DNA from: Candidatus Saccharimonadota bacterium
GTDB lineage: Bacteria; Patescibacteriota; Saccharimonadia; Saccharimonadales; Saccharimonadaceae
NCBI GenBank assembly: GCA_025349965.1
Contig: CP075337.1
Span: 150,001 to 182,000, forward strand
Length of the DNA: 32,000 nt
Reading direction: 5' to 3'
In this document: positions 30,814 through 32,000 of the stretch, in pieces
Position numbering within the stretch: the first letter of the stretch is position 1
Layout: the number at the start of each line of letters is the position of its first letter
Translations under genes and position numbers: made by a program
The notes under the pieces: generated by a model
Seen by the model: only the letters and a program-made list of their open reading frames with translations
Database searches by the model: none
What the model was told of the DNA's origin: nothing

Positions 30814-32000
30814 CTATGACTCGGGTATAAAGGAGATGCCGTCGAGAGAGACCCAGGTGTTCGATGCGCCGTGCGCGGTAATTTGGCCGTCTGCCCATAC
30901 GTCAAGTCGGCTATGTGCGCCCGCTGCAGGTGTCTGCATAAGGAGGCGTTCGGCTGGACGGTACCCAGGGGGAAGTGTAGCAATGGCGGCGCCAAGTGTG
31001 CCAGAGGCAACGAGACCTTTTAGGTGGACAACGCCGTCACTTGTCTTTGTGTACTGTGGCGTAGTAAACCCTGAGCCGCTATAGTTTGCCCAGCCATTTG
31101 AGAGGGGAAGGTTTATCCAGCCCGAATAAGACCCGGGAAGGTAAGCTACGTTAATAGAGTAAGCACCCGTTCCATCCCCCTTGGCAAGAAGGCCCTGAGT
31201 GGCATCAATGCCAAGATGGTGGAAGGTTCCTGAGCGTGATGGGAAGTGCATGTATTGAGAAGGTCGTGACGCTGCAGGGATGCTGAAGATTACAGTGCCA
31301 TTTGTTCGCGTTCCATTGGCGAGAAGCCCTTGTATGACAACTCGTCCAGCACTATCTTTCACATATGATGCAGGCGCCCAAGCCCCACCGTAGTTAGTGA
31401 AGCCATTTAGTAGTGTCGGTGTCGTTCTTGTATATGGCGCTGACTTTGCCGTGTAGCGAATGGAGTCGAGTGAATACCAGGCCGTATTACCGCCATCCAT
31501 GAAGACAATTTTTCCATCCTCCCAGAGGTCGACGCGTGAACTTGCATTTGAGTTAGTGGTATTTCCAAAGAAAAGTCTTCCGGTTGGTTGGTATTTTGCT
31601 GGAAGTTGGGCGATGGTGCTGCCTTGTGCAGCTGCCGATGCTTTTATCATCCCTTTGATAACTACGAACCCAGCAGAAGTCATCGAATACATAGCTGGAG
31701 AATAATTAGAAGAGTAGCGCGTCCAAGTGCCTTCTAGCGGTAGTGGTGACCAGAGTGGTATGCGTGTATCCTTTGTTGCATATGTTGAAGATCCTGTATT
31801 ATTTCGTGCAATTACACGGACCGACACAGTATCATTATTAATTGCTTCAGTAAGCTTGTAGGATGTGGCTGTAAGATTTGTGGCTGCTGATTGCCATGCA
31901 CCGCCATTAAGGCGATAATCCACGTCGTATACAGAGGCGTAGGATGCGCTTTGCCACGATATATCGACATCACTTCCATCAACGACTGCCATCGTAATAG
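30814..32000 (-). CDS. secreted/surface-type protein: FN3-like domain followed by three tandem ~100-aa beta-rich repeats (partial; 5' end probably outside the window)
   Basis: The frame is open to the window edge. The N-terminal VDISWQSASYASVYDVDYRLNGGAWQSAATNLTATSYKLT...VSVRVIARNNTGSS resembles FN3. Three repeats then share G(W/F)xNY...Y.K.S.G.V.IkG...I..LP..YRP...R(L/V)D.W.DG.I...W.SLDgI. The gene ends at TAG 30814-30816. Confidence 0.75.
   Translation of the reverse strand, partial: ITMAVVDGSDVDISWQSASYASVYDVDYRLNGGAWQSAATNLTATSYKLTEAINNDTVSVRVIARNNTGSSTYATKDTRIPLWSPLPLEGTWTRYSSNYSPAMYSMTSAGFVVIKGMIKASAAAQGSTIAQLPAKYQPTGRLFFGNTTNSNASSRVDLWEDGKIVFMDGGNTAWYSLDSIRYTAKSAPYTRTTPTLLNGFTNYGGAWAPASYVKDSAGRVVIQGLLANGTRTNGTVIFSIPAASRPSQYMHFPSRSGTFHHLGIDATQGLLAKGDGTGAYSINVAYLPGSYSGWINLPLSNGWANYSGSGFTTPQYTKTSDGVVHLKGLVASGTLGAAIATLPPGYRPAERLLMQTPAAGAHSRLDVWADGQITAHGASNTWVSLDGISFIPES
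30817..31743 (-). repeat. three tandem protein-level domain repeats (about 31417-31743, 31111-31416, 30817-31110)
   Basis: Manual alignment of aa 84-192, 193-294 and 295-392 of the ORF. The similarity is conserved at the protein level and diverged at the DNA level. Confidence 0.7.

Noticed and set aside
1-32000. Alternative genetic code (UGA as a sense codon, as in some CPR lineages).
   Set aside because: TGA terminates several well-conserved genes at the expected C-termini, namely the ABC ATPase at 4088-4090 and murT at 16917-16919. These TGA stops form typical ATGA stop/start overlaps. The homologous proteins are full-length under the standard code.
1-32000. CRISPR arrays, IS elements, prophage or rRNA.
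   Set aside because: No spaced direct repeats were seen, and no transposase, integrase, capsid or terminase-like ORFs. No rRNA-like sequence was seen. The only notable repeats are the (CT)10 tract, the CIRCE copies and short palindromes.

Overview
This is a gene-dense chromosomal segment with about 90% coding sequence and moderate GC judged by eye. It uses the standard genetic code, because TGA serves as a stop in ATGA-type gene overlaps. No rRNA, CRISPR array, transposase or integrase is visible. The gene content suggests a small-genome, Gram-positive-type lineage such as Saccharibacteria or another CPR group; this is inference only. That content is FTIVELL-type pilins, murT/gatD, a short comEC, CIRCE/HrcA heat-shock control and many leaderless-looking genes.

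Layout:
- 1-9.6 kb: the heat-shock regulon genes hrcA(partial)-grpE, dnaK and dnaJ are split apart. A pilin gene, an FAD-oxidase/MacB-type ABC operon and a glsB-like gene lie between them. Three CIRCE operators are present.
- 9.6-12.1 kb: a rimK cluster.
- 12.1-16.2 kb: tRNA-Lys, a P-type ATPase and comEC.
- 16.2-18.2 kb: murT-gatD.
- 18.2-21.0 kb: a small membrane protein translationally coupled to a membrane-anchored, highly atypical Clp/Hsp100-like AAA+ protein.
- 21.0-25.6 kb: tRNA-His, tRNA-Gly and tRNA-Arg bracket small stress/accessory genes and one decayed pseudogene.
- 25.6-30.1 kb: an MFS transporter, an XRE-HTH::MurA fusion and glyA.
- 30.2-32.0 kb: a second pilin, then a partial FN3 protein with three tandem ~100-aa repeats.

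Most interesting signals:
1. A (CT)10 tract sits inside the 5' end of the first pilin gene and puts it out of frame, making it a candidate phase-variation switch.
2. The membrane-anchored Clp-like ATPase lacks both pore-loop aromatics, the M-domain and the ClpP loop.
3. The HTH::MurA fusion has a palindrome at its own start.
4. The triplicated-domain protein lies next to a pilin.
5. Translation initiation is bimodal: some genes are SD-led, and others have a -10 box 6-11 nt from the ATG.
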